DNA of 64,000 nt from Macrostomum lignano (Eukaryota): positions 806,001 to 870,000 of the forward strand of contig NIVC01000067.1 in NCBI GenBank assembly GCA_002269645.1, given 5' to 3'. The notes below the pieces were generated by a model. That model saw nothing but the letters and a program-made list of their open reading frames with translations. It was not told where the DNA came from and searched no databases. The position numbers were made by a program, and so were the translations under genes. How positions within the stretch are numbered: position 1 is the first letter of the stretch; each line of letters starts with the position of its first letter. This document shows, one piece after another, positions 24,322-36,982 of this stretch.

Positions 24322-25527
24322 TCAGCTGGATCTCAGAGGCAGCAGTCGCACAGTTTCAATGGCGACCTGCCCGCCGACAGCCTGACTGGCGAAGGAAGCC
24401 GCCGCGGCAGCCGCATCCGAATCCGTATCGGCGCCTTCTCGGCCGTTGTCGTCATTGGCCGCCTCGGCGGACCGGGCGGGCCCGACAGTGACGGCTGTAG
24501 CCGCGGCCGACGACGGGCCCGACCAGAGGGCGGTGCGGAAGCTGCGGCTGTAGCGAATGAGGACGAAGAAGTTCAGGCAGGAATCCAACGGCACCACCAC
24601 CAGGCCCCAGCTCGCCACCTGCTCCAGCAGGCTGACCACGTGCAGCACCGTTCGCCGGCTGCCGTTGCTGGCCAGCACATAGGCAGCGGTGACGACGTGC
24701 AGCGCGGCGAAGGGGAACTCGCAGACAATGAAGCCGAGCGACAGCAGCAGGATGAGCCGGCAGGAGCGGTGCCGGGCAGCCCGGTTCAAGGCGCGCATCC
24801 GGAGCGCCGCCACCATACGGAGGCTCATCAAGACGATGGCCAGGCCGGGAACGATGGTGCCGATCAGCTCCAGGACCGCGTAGCGAATCAGCACGGGCCT
24901 CATGGCCGCCTTCACGTGCAGGCCGACTGGCAGCGACATGGCGTCGTCGGTCGATTCGTTAGCGTCGACGAGTTTCAACAGCAGGCGCTGCTCGGCGTCC
25001 AGAGTGCTCAGCTCGTCATCGCTGCCGCTGAGCAGCCGCACCGAGGTCTCGTTGATCAGGCGCACCTGGGTCTGATCCACCGTGGCGGCCGAGCTGATGT
25101 ACACCGCCGCGAATGATATCGCCACGATGACTATCAAGGCCAGGGCCTGGCGCCGAGCGCTCAAGAAGCCGCCAGCCGAAGATCTCGAGTTGGCAGCGGC
25201 GGCCCCGGCTGCGGCAGCAGCGGCGGCTCGAAACGGCCGGAGGATAGCCGCCATTCGGCAGGCGGACACAAACAGCAGCCAGTGGTTGCGCACGGTGTGC
25301 AGAAAATGGAAGCCGGACTCGAGCTCCAGCCTGCCGGCCAGGTGGTGGGCCAGCAGGTAGCCAGCCAGGAAGAGGCACAGGGCGATCTCCGTGCCAGTCA
25401 GCACCAGGAGGCTGCTGGTTCGGCTGCGGGCTCGCTTGCGCACGAGAGCGCACAGCAACCAGGAGTTCAGGGCTACCGCGAACAGGGCGAAGGCCAGCGT
25501 CACTGACCAAGTGAGCAGGTCGTGCAT
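24322..25527 (-). CDS. Intronless rhodopsin-like (class A) orphan GPCR, peptide-receptor-like, about 401 aa from the first ATG
   Basis: Seven hydrophobic segments; TM1 ALNSW, TM3 end CRMAAILRPF (DRY-equivalent), TM6 FIVCEFP, TM7 DSCLNFF..YSRSFR. The ORF track starts at GTG 25581; the first in-frame ATG is at 25527. Confidence 0.8.
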   Translation of the reverse strand: MHDLLTWSVTLAFALFAVALNSWLLCALVRKRARSRTSSLLVLTGTEIALCLFLAGYLLAHHLAGRLELESGFHFLHTVRNHWLLFVSACRMAAILRPFRAAAAAAAGAAAANSRSSAGGFLSARRQALALIVIVAISFAAVYISSAATVDQTQVRLINETSVRLLSGSDDELSTLDAEQRLLLKLVDANESTDDAMSLPVGLHVKAAMRPVLIRYAVLELIGTIVPGLAIVLMSLRMVAALRMRALNRAARHRSCRLILLLSLGFIVCEFPFAALHVVTAAYVLASNGSRRTVLHVVSLLEQVASWGLVVVPLDSCLNFFVLIRYSRSFRTALWSGPSSAAATAVTVGPARSAEAANDDNGREGADTDSDAAAAAASFASQAVGGQVAIETVRLLPLRSS

Positions 25528-26485
25528 AACTGCGGCGTGTTCAGTGTATAATCCGGTTTGTAGGGCTGTCAGACTCGCCACTTGATAGGTCTCTTATCGC
25601 AGACTGCAACTTCATGCAGAATTTTATGAATATGAGCTTCTTTTGGAGTTCGAATGGCGTTGAGAAGTGAATAGTTATAGGCGCTGGCTGTGATTTGCTG
25701 CAGCCCCTCTGCCCCATCCCTTGCACCTTTTCTGCTTTTTCCATAAGCATTTCCCTTACCTTTCCCTTATCGGTATTACTCAGTTAATCTCCTCGCAATA
25801 ATCAATTCCGTCTGCTTTAATCCTCTTTGTCGGCCCTTGATTATCCATAATCCCCCATCTCCGGTGTCACCCCTCTCATTCCGGTCACCCTGTCTTCTTA
25901 TACTCTTCTTCTTATCACCCTCCATCCTTGTCACACTCATATATTGCTTGTCATTCTCCATCCGCTCAAAAGACAAAATCCTTAGCAACTAAAATTGAAA
26001 CAAATTCTACCATTTATAAAAGCAACATCTGGGGGACACTGTGCAGTCTTGTAACAGGGAAGAACGCCAATAGGAATCCCACAATTCAATTTAATCCAAA
26101 AAACTTGAATTTGACAATTCTGCAGTCGGTTCTTTCTACTTGTTCAGTTTATTTACGAGTAGGAGCTACTTCTTTCATTGTTGAATGCTGAGGAAGTGGG
26201 AAAGTGTTTCTGTGTTTCAGCGCTTTCTTTTTGGAAATTTCTTACGTCAAATGTACGTTCCTTATCAACATCCAGTAAATAATCTTTGCGCCAGCCTTCG
26301 CCTCATAATATCTGTAGATAAAATATGACACCTGCGTCTGTTCCTTCGGTGTCTATGGTACAAAGTCCTCGGACTGTCTTTTCCATAGCCCCACGGGAAC
26401 AGACAGAGCCCTTTCTGCCATAGACACAGAATTTGAACAGGCAAAAGCTGGTAAAATGCAACGGCCCGATAGAGTTCTGTGGCCA

Positions 26486-27442
26486 AGCGTTTGAAGTAAC
26501 TCGAGAAGGCAAGCCATAGACAAGTCGATTTGTCATGCTATATGGAACGATAAGCCAGAATAGAAGGAACGATTTTGAGTTTTTCACAGAGACACAACCA
26601 AACGCTTTCATTTTCTCTCGTTTGATGGAGTTCAGCTGGAATGGCGCCGCAAATTTCACCTTGCACCGTGGACTGTAGAGGAGGGTCGAATGTGCCAGAG
26701 CAAGCCATAGACAAGTCGCAAATTTCACCTTGCACCGTGGACTGTAGAGGAGGGTCGAATGTGCCAGAGCAAGCCATAGACAAGTCGCAAATTTCACCTT
26801 GCACCGTGGACTGTAGAGGAGGGTCGAATGTGCCAGAGCAAGCCATAGACAAGTCGCAAATTTCACCTTGCACCGTGGACTGTAGAGGAGGGTCGAATGT
26901 GCCAGAGCAAGCCATAGACAAGTCGCAAATTTCACCTTGCACCGTGGACTGTAGAGGAGGGTCGAATGTGCCAGAGCAAGCCATAGACAAGTCGCAAATT
27001 TCACCTTGCACCGTGGACTGTAGAGGAGGGTCGAATGTGCCAGAGCAAGCCATAGACAAGTCGCAAATTTCACCTTGCACCGTGGACTGTAGAGGAGGGT
27101 CGAATGTGCCAGAGCAAGCCATAGACAAGTCGCAAATTTCACCTTGCACCGTGGACTGTCGAGGAAGGTCGAATGTGTCAGTTTTGTTAGGACTCGTGGC
27201 TCTTAGACACCCACTAAAGCGCACGGTGACAACTCAGAGGGGTCCTGACGTTACGGTTTGCATGGAAATTTCTTCGGAGTTCGGGTTGGTGCATTCCGTC
27301 TTCCAGAGAGGTGGCCAAATGCAGCGAAGAATTCAGGGCTTCTTACACCACCCAGCAGAACCGCTGTCGGTAAAAATTTTTGCCATCCAGCATGACAAAT
27401 CGACTTGTCCATGGCTTGCCTTCTCGAGTTAGCTCAAACGCT
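26486..27442. mobile_element. Fold-back/MITE-like element with ~55-bp terminal inverted repeats enclosing a 69-bp tandem array
   Basis: agcgtttga..taactcgagaaggcaagccat(a/g)gacaagtcgatttgtcatgct at 26486 is inverted at 27442 with 3 mismatches. No TSD found. Confidence 0.65.
26648..27178. repeat. 69-bp tandem repeat, 7 identical units plus a partial diverged unit
   Basis: gcaaatttcaccttgcaccgtggactgtagaggagggtcgaatgtgccagagcaagccatagacaagtc repeated. Confidence 0.97.
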
Positions 27443-28134
27443 ATACTATTTTATATGAGCAAAAATAAGAGCTAGGGCAGAGGTTACAGAGCGAGTGGAA
27501 TGCTTCAGTAATTTTCAACATGAAAAAATGGATATCTACTTGGCTAGGCCAACCTGCAACAAGAAAAAGCAGGAGTGAGAGAACGTGAGCCCTCAAGATT
27601 TGGCATTTTCATTACATGAAAAAATCGATTCAGCCGCGCCGGAGTCATGCGCAAGAAGCTGGAAGGATGGGCAATCAAGGTGTTTGACACTACACTACCC
27701 TAAATTATACTACACTTCTTGCACGTGGCAGTCAGCGGAACGGGCAGAATTGCCGCGTCAGCGCTGGTTGCGAGACGATGTCGTCGAAGGCGTTGCGCCA
27801 GAGGTTACCCACACAGCCAGCCCTCTTGCAAATATTATTTATTAGTATTACTGACACAGTCGGAGACCGGAAAGCAAATGAAGATACTGTTTACGGTTTC
27901 TAAACGGATTACTGGATATTTTAAGCAAGAATTTCATCAAATTAGGATTTACGAGTACATAACGGATAATCTTCGGGCTAGAATTATGCAGATAAATTCT
28001 GTAAAAAACTCCGGTTAGAAAAAATAGACAGGAGAGAAAGAATGAAACTCTTGTATTGCTTTACCAAACACATGCTGGCTTCAAATGATCTTCGAAACTA
28101 CAGAAGGTGAGGTCCGGGATAGCCCTCAGTTTAG

Positions 28135-29130
28135 CAGTGGCGTACGGAGACGGGCTCAGGTAGGCCGCAGCCACGACCCCTCACCCCACAAAAACTGCGC
28201 TTCTCCAAAAACTAAATGAGAGTTAACCAAGCTCGACAGAGACAGGAGCGCCAAATAAGAGACAGGAACGCCAAATAAGAGACAGGAGCGCCAACCAAGA
28301 GACAGGGGCGCCAACCAAGAGACTGGGGCGCCAACTAAAAGACAGGGGCCCCAACCAAGAGACAGGGGCGCAAACAAAGAGACGGGCGCCAACTAAGAGA
28401 CAGGGGCGCCAACCAAGAGACGGGCACCAACCAAGAGATAGGGGCGCCAATCAAGAGACAGGGGCGCCAACCGAGAGACAGGGACGCCAACAAAGAGACA
28501 GGGGCGCCAACCAAGAGACAGGGGCGCCAACAAAGAGACAGGGGCGCCAACCAAGAGACAGGGGCGCCAACCAAGAGATAGGGGCGCCAACCAAGAGACG
28601 GGCGCCAACAAAGAGACAGGGGCGCCAACAAAGAGACAGGGGCGCCAACCAAGAGACAGGGGCGCCAACCAAGAGACAGGGGCGCCAACCAAGAAACAGG
28701 GGCGCCAACCAAGAGACAGGGGCGCCAACCAAGAGACAGGGGCGCCAACCAAGAGACAGGGGCGCCAACAAAGAGACAGGGGCGCCAACAAAGAGACAGG
28801 GGCGCCAACCAAGAGACAGGGGCGCCAACAAAGAGACAGGGGCGCCAACCAAGAGACAGGGGCGCCAACAAAGAGACAGGGGCGCCAACCAAGAGACAGG
28901 GGCGCCAACCAAGAGACAGGGGCGCCAACCAAGAGACAGGGGCGCCAACCAAGAGACAGGGGCGCCAACAAAGAGACAGGGGCGCCAACAAAGAGACACG
29001 GGCGCCAACCAAGAGACAGGGGCGCCAACCAAGAGACAGGGGCGCCAACCAAGAGACAGGGGCGCCAACCAAGAGACAGGGGCGCCAACCAAGAGACAGG
29101 GGCGCCAACCAAGAGACAGGGGCGCCAACC
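28135..29130. repeat. 20-bp minisatellite (agagacaggggcgccaacca, about 28240-29130) preceded by a CAGTGGCGTA hAT-like end
   Basis: Array seen directly. The left end shares its first 10 bp with the 20713 MITE TIR; no convincing right TIR or TSD. Confidence 0.85.
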
Positions 29131-29784
29131 CCTGTCTATTGGCCTCATGCACGTACACGTATTGAATGCATCATAAAATACATCGCATTGTTTGAAGCCC
29201 TAGCAATTAATACAGCTAATTCGAGGACAGAACGGAATTGTGGCAGTTTCCCGTGCGGAAACTACAAGCTTATCGAGGACTTACTCGCCTACATGCATTT
29301 TGCGCTGTTAATGAGTGTGCCTGAAAATGCAACTATGTCTTCATCAAAATTCAATTTGCGTCACTGACTGCGTCGTTAGGATAAAGGAAATTCCTGATAA
29401 ATTATTGCATTCTTGGAAGAGACAGATGGATATGCAGGTGCTAGGAAAACGACTAGCAGCTGGCGAGTCCTTCATCCCATCAACTCACCAGGCATGCACG
29501 CGCAAAAGCTTGTTTAGAAAAACAGTTTAATCTTCTTCAAGACTCCAGCTCATATTTTTGAAGATTCTAGTTATCAGAAAAAAACTGTTGACTCGCTTTC
29601 TACTAATTTTGCTAATTAATTTAATTTAATCTAATATTAACCTATTGAATTGGCTTAATTTAGAATTCATGCAGCTGGTTCAGTCTTAGTGTGAGCAATT
29701 TAGCTTTTGTTAAACAGGCTTTCAGGTAAAATCAGCTTACGTCGATATTATCATTTATCTTAGGGTAAATGCCGAAAAGGATGG

Positions 29785-31565
29785 GAGATCAGTGGAATGA
29801 CGAGAACAAGGATAGATCAGTGGAATGACGGGAACAAGGATAGATCAGTGGAATGACGGGAACAAGGATAGATCAGTGGAATGACGGGAACAAGGATAGG
29901 AGATCAGTGGAATGACGGGAACAAGGATAGGAGATCAGTGGAATGACGAGAACAAGGATAGATCAGTGGAATGACGGGAACAAGGATAGATCAGTGGAAT
30001 GACGGGAACAAGGATAGATCAGTGGAATGACGGGAACAAGGATAGATCAGTGGAATGACGGGAACAAGGATAGATCAGTGGAATGACGGGAACAAGGATA
30101 GATCAGTGGAATGACGGGAACAAGGATAGATCAGTGGAATGACGGGAACAAGGATAGATCAGTGGAATGACGGGAACAAGGATAGATCAGTGGAATGACG
30201 GGAACAAGGATAGATCAGTGGAATGACGGGAACAAGGATAGATCAGTGGAATGACGGGAACAAGGATAGATCAGTGGAATGACGGGAACAAGGATAGGAG
30301 ATCAGTGGAATGACGGGAACAATGATAGGAGATCAGTGGAATGACGGGAACAAGGATAGATCAGTGGAATGACGGGAACAAGGATAGATCAGTGGAATGA
30401 CGGGAACAAGGATAGATCAGTGGAATGACGGGAACAAGGATAGATCAGTGGAATGACGGGAACAAGGATAGATCAGTGGAATGACGGGAACAAGGATAGA
30501 TCAGTGGAATGACGGGAACAAGGATAGATCAGTGGAATGACGGGAACAAGGATAGGAGATCAGTGGAATGACGGGAACAAGGATAGGAGATCAGTGGAAT
30601 GACGGGAACAAGGATAGATCAGTGGAATGACGGGAACAAGGATAGGAGATCAGTGGAATGACGGGAACAAGGATAGATCAGTGGAATGACGGGAACAAGG
30701 ATAGGAGATCAGTGGAATGACGGGAACAAGGATAGATCAGTGGAATGACGGGAACAAGGATAGATCAGTGGAATGACGGGAACAAGGATAGGAGATCAGT
30801 GGAATGACGGGAACAAGGATAGATCAGTGGAATGACGGGAACAAGGATAGGAGATCAGTGGAATGACGGGAACAAGGATAGGAGAACAGTGGAATGACGG
30901 GAACAAGGATAGATCAGTGGAATGACGGGAACAAGGATAGATCAGTGGAATGACGGGAACAAGGATAGGAGATCAGTGGAATGACGGGAACAAAAATAGG
31001 ATCAGTGGAATGACGGGAACAAGGATAGGAGATCAGTGGAATGACGGGAACAAGGATAGATCAGTGGAATGACGGGAACAAGGATAGGAGATCAGTGGAA
31101 TGACGGGAACAAGGATAGGAGATCAGTGGAATGACGGGAACAAGGATAGGAAAACAGTGGAATGACGGGAACAAGGATAGATCAGTGGAATGACGGGAAC
31201 AAGGATAGATCAGTGGAATGACGGGAACAAGGATAGGAGATCAGTGGAATGACGGGAACAAGGATAGGAGATCAGTGGAATGACGGGAACAAGGATAGGA
31301 GAACAGTGGAATGACGGGAACAAGGATAGATCAGTGGAATGACGGGAACAAGGATAGATCAGTGGAATGACGGGAACAAGGATAGGAGATCAGTGGAATG
31401 ACGGGAACAAGGATAGGAGATCAGTGGAATGACGGGAACAAAAATAGGATCAGTGGAATGACGGGAACAAGGATAGGAGATCAGTGGAATGACGGGAACA
31501 AAAATAGGATCAGTGGAATGACGGGAACAAAAATAGAAGATCAGTGGAATGACGGGAACAAGGAC
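29785..31565. repeat. 28/31-bp minisatellite (gatcagtggaatgacgggaacaaggata, with or without gga), about 1.8 kb
   Basis: Seen directly. Confidence 0.97.
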
Positions 31566-32664
31566 AGCTGAATCGAGGTGATCGAAGATAATTCGATTTT
31601 TTAATTAGGGATGAAATTCATTTTATCTATTGAGTCTATAGAATATGACATACATATAACTATTATATTAATGTACTACACCAGTAGTACATAATATCCA
31701 ACGTGTTTTTAGTCTACACAATCGGAAATTAGATTTTTATGCCTATGTTTTTAAAGACTACAGGCAGTGGGACAATATACCTAAGGCAACTCAATAACTT
31801 TCAATTCGTTTTTTCATCATTGAATTTCGAGTTAACAAACAAGAAAATTAATAACAAACAGAACAATAGCAGCAGCAGAGAGGCGAGGCAGAGCGGGAGA
31901 GGGAGAAGGAGAGGGGGTTAGAGGGGAGGCATTCGGGGAGGTAGAGGGGTAGATGGGTCTGGAGGCTCGTAATTTGCAGTGAGCAGAGCAGTTGAAGAAG
32001 CCGCAGTCGCAGCCGAAGTAGGTAATCTTAATAAAACCACCTGTCGCTTGAGCTAGCCGCAGAGCAAAGAGCTCAAACATTTCCTTTGCTCATATCATAG
32101 ATCAGACTTAGACTCGGCTAGGTAAAAGATAAAATTAGAATTTTCAGCTACTAATTTAACAACAACCAGCTTGAACAAGTCCGCTTGCGGGGCCAATATA
32201 TTAATAATAGATATTAATAGAAAACACGAAGTAAACAAGAACGACAAAAGCAGGGCGAGCAAAGCGCGGGCGCGGTAGTTGTAAAAGAAAAACCTGAAAA
32301 GTACAGGCCGCCCGTGCAAAATTAAGACTTAAAAATCGCAGAATAGGGATAAGTGCAATAGTAATCTAGTTATAACACGGGGGTAGGCTGGGAGACAATT
32401 CAATCAGCTATAAATTTAAACACGCACAGAATGCAGCAAAACATGCATTGAAAACATTTGCATGGCTTCTCTCAGCTATGCCAACGTGCTGCTGCTACTG
32501 GGAGAAATTACAGTTTGCACTGAGCCCTACTGTAAGTAGAGAGTTGCGGGCAAGTTGGCGCGTTGTGCTGAAGAAACTAATTTGGAAATAAAAAAATACG
32601 ACGGGAATTCAGTTGCGACGGCGGGCTTCACGGGTCACAGCTTCACAATTCTGCGCTGGATTGG

Positions 32665-34325
32665 AGGCTGGAGGGACATTATCGATGGGATTTGAAGGCT
32701 GGAGGGACATTATCGATGGGATTTGAAGGCTGGAGGGACATTATCGATGGGATTTGAAGGCTGGGGGAACATTACCGATGGGATTTGAAGGCTGGGTAGG
32801 GACATTATCGATGGGATTTGAAGGCTGGAGGGACATTATCGATGGGATTTGGAGGCTGAGGGGACATTATCGATGGGATTTGAAGGCAGGAGGGACATTA
32901 TCGATGGGATTTGAAGGCTGGGGGAACATTACCGATGGGATTTGAAGGCTGGGGAGGGACATTATCGATGGGATTTGAAGGTTGGAGGGACATTATCGAT
33001 GGGATTTGAAGGCTGGAGGGACATTATCGATGGGATTTGAAGGCTGGAGGGACATTATCGATGGGATTTGAAGGCTGGAGGGACATTATCGATGGGATTT
33101 GGAGGCTGAGGGGACATTATCGATGGGATTTGAAGGCAGGAGGGACATTATCGATGGGATTTGAAGGCTGGGGGAACATTACCGATGGGATTTGAAGGCT
33201 GGGGAGGGACATTATCGATGGGATTTGAAGGTTGGAGGGACATTATCGATGGGATTTGAAGGCTGGAGGGACATTATCGATGGGATTTGAAGGCTGGAGG
33301 GACATTATCGATGGTATTTGAAGGCTGGAGGGACATTATCGATGGGATTTGGAGACTGAGGGGACATTATCGATGGGATTTGAAGGCAGGAGGGACATTA
33401 TCGATGGGATTTGAAGGCTGGAGGGACATTATCGATGGGATTTTCAAGGCTGGAGGGACATTATCGATGGGATTTGAAGGCTGGAGGGACATTATCGATG
33501 GGATTTGAAGGCTGGAGGGACATTATCGATGGGATTTGAAGGCTGGGGGGACATTATCGATGGGATTTGAAGGCTGGAGGCACATTATCGATGGGATTTG
33601 AAGGCTGGTGGGACATTATCGATGGGATTTGAAGGCTGGGGGACATTATCGATGGGATTTGGAGGCTGGGGGACATTATCGATGGGATTTGAAGGCTGGG
33701 GGAACATTACCGATGGGATTTGAAGGCTGGGTAGGGACATTATCGATGGGATTTGGAGGCTGGGGGTCCTGGGGGACATTATCGATGGGATTTGAAGGTT
33801 GGAGGGACATTATCGATGGGATTTGAAGGCTGGAGGGACATTATCGATGGGATTTGAAGGCTGGAGGGACATTATCGATGGGATTTGAAGGCTGGGGGAA
33901 CATTACCGATGGGATTTGAAGGCTGGGGAGGGACATTATCGATGGGATTTGGAGGCTGGGGGACATTATCGATGGGATTTGAAGGTTGGAGGGACATTAT
34001 CGATGGGATTTGAAGGCTGGGGGGACATTATCGATGGGATTTGAAGGCTGGGGGAACATTACCGATGGGATTTGAAGGCTGGGGGAACATTACCGATGGG
34101 ATTTGAAGGCTGGGGGAACATTACCGATGGGATTTGAAGGCTGGGTAGGGACATTATCGATGGGATTTGGAGGCTGGGGGACATTATCGATGGGATTTGA
34201 AGGTTGGGGGGACATTATCGATGGGATATGAAGGCTGGAGGGACATTATCGATGGGATTTGAAGGCTGGAGGGACATTATCGATGGGATTTGAAGGCTGG
34301 AGGGACATTATCGATGGGATTTGGA
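32665..34325. repeat. ~31-bp minisatellite (ggagggacattatcgatgggatttgaaggct), about 1.65 kb
   Basis: Seen directly; begins about 130 nt beyond the AMPK gamma stop codon. Confidence 0.97.
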
Positions 34326-34454
34326 TGGCGCTTATGTTTAGGAATTTGGGATGAAAAGGTGATTCACAAGCTCAGTCCAACCGCAGTCACTATAGCCAGC
34401 GAGTGAATGTGAGAAAGTTTGCTGTGATTGCAGCCCCAGCTCTCTTAACTAAGC

Positions 34455-34775
34455 TCAGCTCATGTCCATGGACTCCACGGGAGCGAATGCCGAATCCATT
34501 GTGTCGCCGTCGCCGGCTTCGCAGCAGCCGAACTTGTCGCAGTCAACAATAAGAGCTTTGAGCACGTCGGACAGGGACAACAGGCCGGCGACACGGTTAT
34601 CCGAGTCCGTGACAACCAGACGGTGCACCTCCGCTGTCACCAGCTTCTCGATGACGCTCTTCAGCGAGTCCTCGCCGCGGCAGCTGCTGACGCCTTCGAA
34701 TCGGTCGCGTCGATACTGCAGGGCCTCCTTGACGGAGATGTCCAGATTGTTGTAAGTCTTTGTGGCGGCCAGGTT
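34455..34775 (-). CDS. PRKAG: AMPK gamma subunit, last exon (CBS4)
   Basis: NLAATKTYNNLDISVKEALQYR..LVTAEVHRLVV..LSLSDVLKAL; acceptor ttgcag in phase 0. Confidence 0.95.
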   Translation of the reverse strand, partial: NLAATKTYNNLDISVKEALQYRRDRFEGVSSCRGEDSLKSVIEKLVTAEVHRLVVTDSDNRVAGLLSLSDVLKALIVDCDKFGCCEAGDGDTMDSAFAPVESMDMS

Positions 34776-35074
34776 CTGCAATGCCGCAACGCAGGGTTTA
34801 TTGCTTTTAATATTGGCAGTAGAGACTGACAGACTGGCACAGAAAGAAAACGGGTAAGACTATTTGTTTAAGATTATCACCTCAAAATTTTACTAGACAC
34901 AAATTTATATATTGATTGATTTTTCCCATTAGGGCGTTACTAACGAAGGGCGAGCGAGCCTACAATTATGAATTTCTTAAAATTAAGTTTTTTACGTCAA
35001 TTTTGCTATTCTGTTCTGAATGCATCTTAATATTGGAATTTTACCTCGAATATTCGATCATTCTGCTTGCGGGT

Positions 35075-35767
35075 TGGACTGAAGGAGGCAGAGACAAGTT
35101 GGACTGAAGGAGGGACAGACAAGTTGGACTGAAGGAGGGACAGACAAGTTGGAATGAAGGAGAGACAGACAAGTTGGACTGAAGGAGGGACAGACAAAGA
35201 TGGACTGAAGGAGGGACAGACAAAGATGGACTGAAGGAGGGACAGACAAAGATGGAATGAAGGAGGGACAGACAAAGATGGAATGAAGGAGAGACAGACA
35301 AGTTGGAATGAAGGAGGGACAGACAAGATGGACTGAAGGAGGGACAGACAAAGATGGACTGAAGGAGGGACAGACAAAGATGGAATGAAGGAGAGACAGA
35401 CAAGTTGGACTGAAGGAGGGACAGACAAAGATGGACTGAAGGAGGGACAGACAAAGATGGACTGAAGGAGGGACAGACAAGTTGGAATGAAGGAGGGACA
35501 GACAAGATGGACTGAAGTAGGGACAGACAAGTTGGAATGAAGGAGAGACAGACAAGTTGGACTGAAGGAGGGACAGACAAAGATGGACTGAAGGAGGGAC
35601 AGACAAAGATGGACTGAAGGAGGGACAGACAAGTTGGAATGAAGGAGGGACAGACAAGATGGACTGAAGGAGGGACAGACAAGTTGGACTGAAGGAGGGA
35701 CAGACAAGATGGACTGAAGGAGGGACAGACAAGATGGACTGAAGGAGGGACAGACAAGTTGGACTGG
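35075..35767. repeat. ~22-25-bp minisatellite (ggactgaaggagggacagacaag..) in an AMPK gamma intron
   Basis: Seen directly; starts about 10 nt from the donor at 35777. Confidence 0.95.
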
Positions 35768-35777
35768 GGCCACTCAC

Positions 35778-36405
35778 AATGACATCAAACTTGGAATAGA
35801 TGTCCACCAGGCGGCCGTCTCCGTTAACAACTGGCAGAGCGCTGACCCGATTCTGCACAAACAGGCTGAGCACCCTAACCAGAGGCGTGGTCTCGCCAAT
35901 AGTGACAATATCCGAGTAGGTGCCAATGCCCAGCTGTTTAACAGGCCTAGCCAGCCAGGCGGGCATCGGGAGCTGGTGTATGTACAGGAATATGTACTTC
36001 AGAATGCGCTTGTGAGTCACAATGAACAGGGCATTGCCAGTGGCCGGGTCAATGACCGGCAGGCGGTGCACTCGAGCCTGCAGCAGCAGCCGGACAGCGT
36101 CGTGCAGAGACGCCTCTGGCGAGATCCAGATTAGCGGCTTGAGCCGGTTGCTCAGCTCGGCTCGCCAGGTGCTGATCCGATGGGTCTCCAGCTCTTCCAT
36201 TGGCACCAGGGCGGATCGGTAATAGTTTTGCAGAATGTGAATGAAGTCGCTGATGGTCAGCATGCCGACAAATCTCTGCTGCTGGGCGTCCCAGAGCGGC
36301 GCGGCGCGCAGACCGTTATAGACTAGGGCGAAGAAGGCCTTACGCACGTTCAGGCTGTTGTCGAATACAAGCAGCTTGTTGCTAGTTGGAATCAGGTCGT
36401 AGCAC
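35778..36405 (-). CDS. PRKAG: AMPK gamma subunit, CBS1-3 exon
   Basis: CYDLIPTSNKLLVFD..KAFFALVYNGLRAAPLWD..VHRLPVIDP..VTHKRILK..RVSALPVV..DIYSKFDVI; tctccccgcag|G and ATT|GTGAGT. Confidence 0.97.
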
Positions 36406-36419
36406 CTGCGGGGAGACGT

Positions 36420-36982
36420 TTCAGGATGCTGCTTGGCATTGGGGCTCCAGCGAATTCCCAACAACCAGGATGCCGCTTGGCATTGGGGCTCCAGCGAATT
36501 CCCAACAACCAGGATGCCGCTTGGCATTGGGGCTCCAGCGAATTCCCAACAACCAAGATGCAGTTTGGCATTGGGGCTCCAGCGAATTCCCAACAACCAG
36601 GATGCCGCTTGGCATTGGGGCTCCAGCGAATTCCCAACAACCAGGATGCAGCTTGGCATTGGGGCTCCAGCGAATTCCCAACAACCAGGATGCCGCTTGG
36701 CATGGCATTGGGGCTCCAGCGAATTCCCAACAACCAGGATGCAGCCTGGCATTGGGGCTCCAGCGAATTCCCAACAACCAGGATGCCGCTTGGCATTGGG
36801 GCTCCAGCGAATTCCCAACAACCAGGATGCCGCTTGGCATTGGGGCTCCAGCGAATTCCCAACAACCAGGATGCCGCTTGGCATTGGGGCTCCAGCGAAT
36901 TCCCAACAACCAGGATGCCGCCTGGCATTGGGGCTCCAGCGAATTCCCAACAACCAGGATGCAGCTTGGCATTGGGGCTTCA
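36420..36982. repeat. 44-bp minisatellite (ggatgccgcttggcattggggctccagcgaattcccaacaacca) in an AMPK gamma intron
   Basis: Seen directly; ends about 15 nt from the acceptor. Confidence 0.95.

Noticed and set aside
29785-34325. Regular arrays as possible CRISPR
   Set aside because: Units are contiguous with no unique spacers, there are no cas genes, and the context is eukaryotic.
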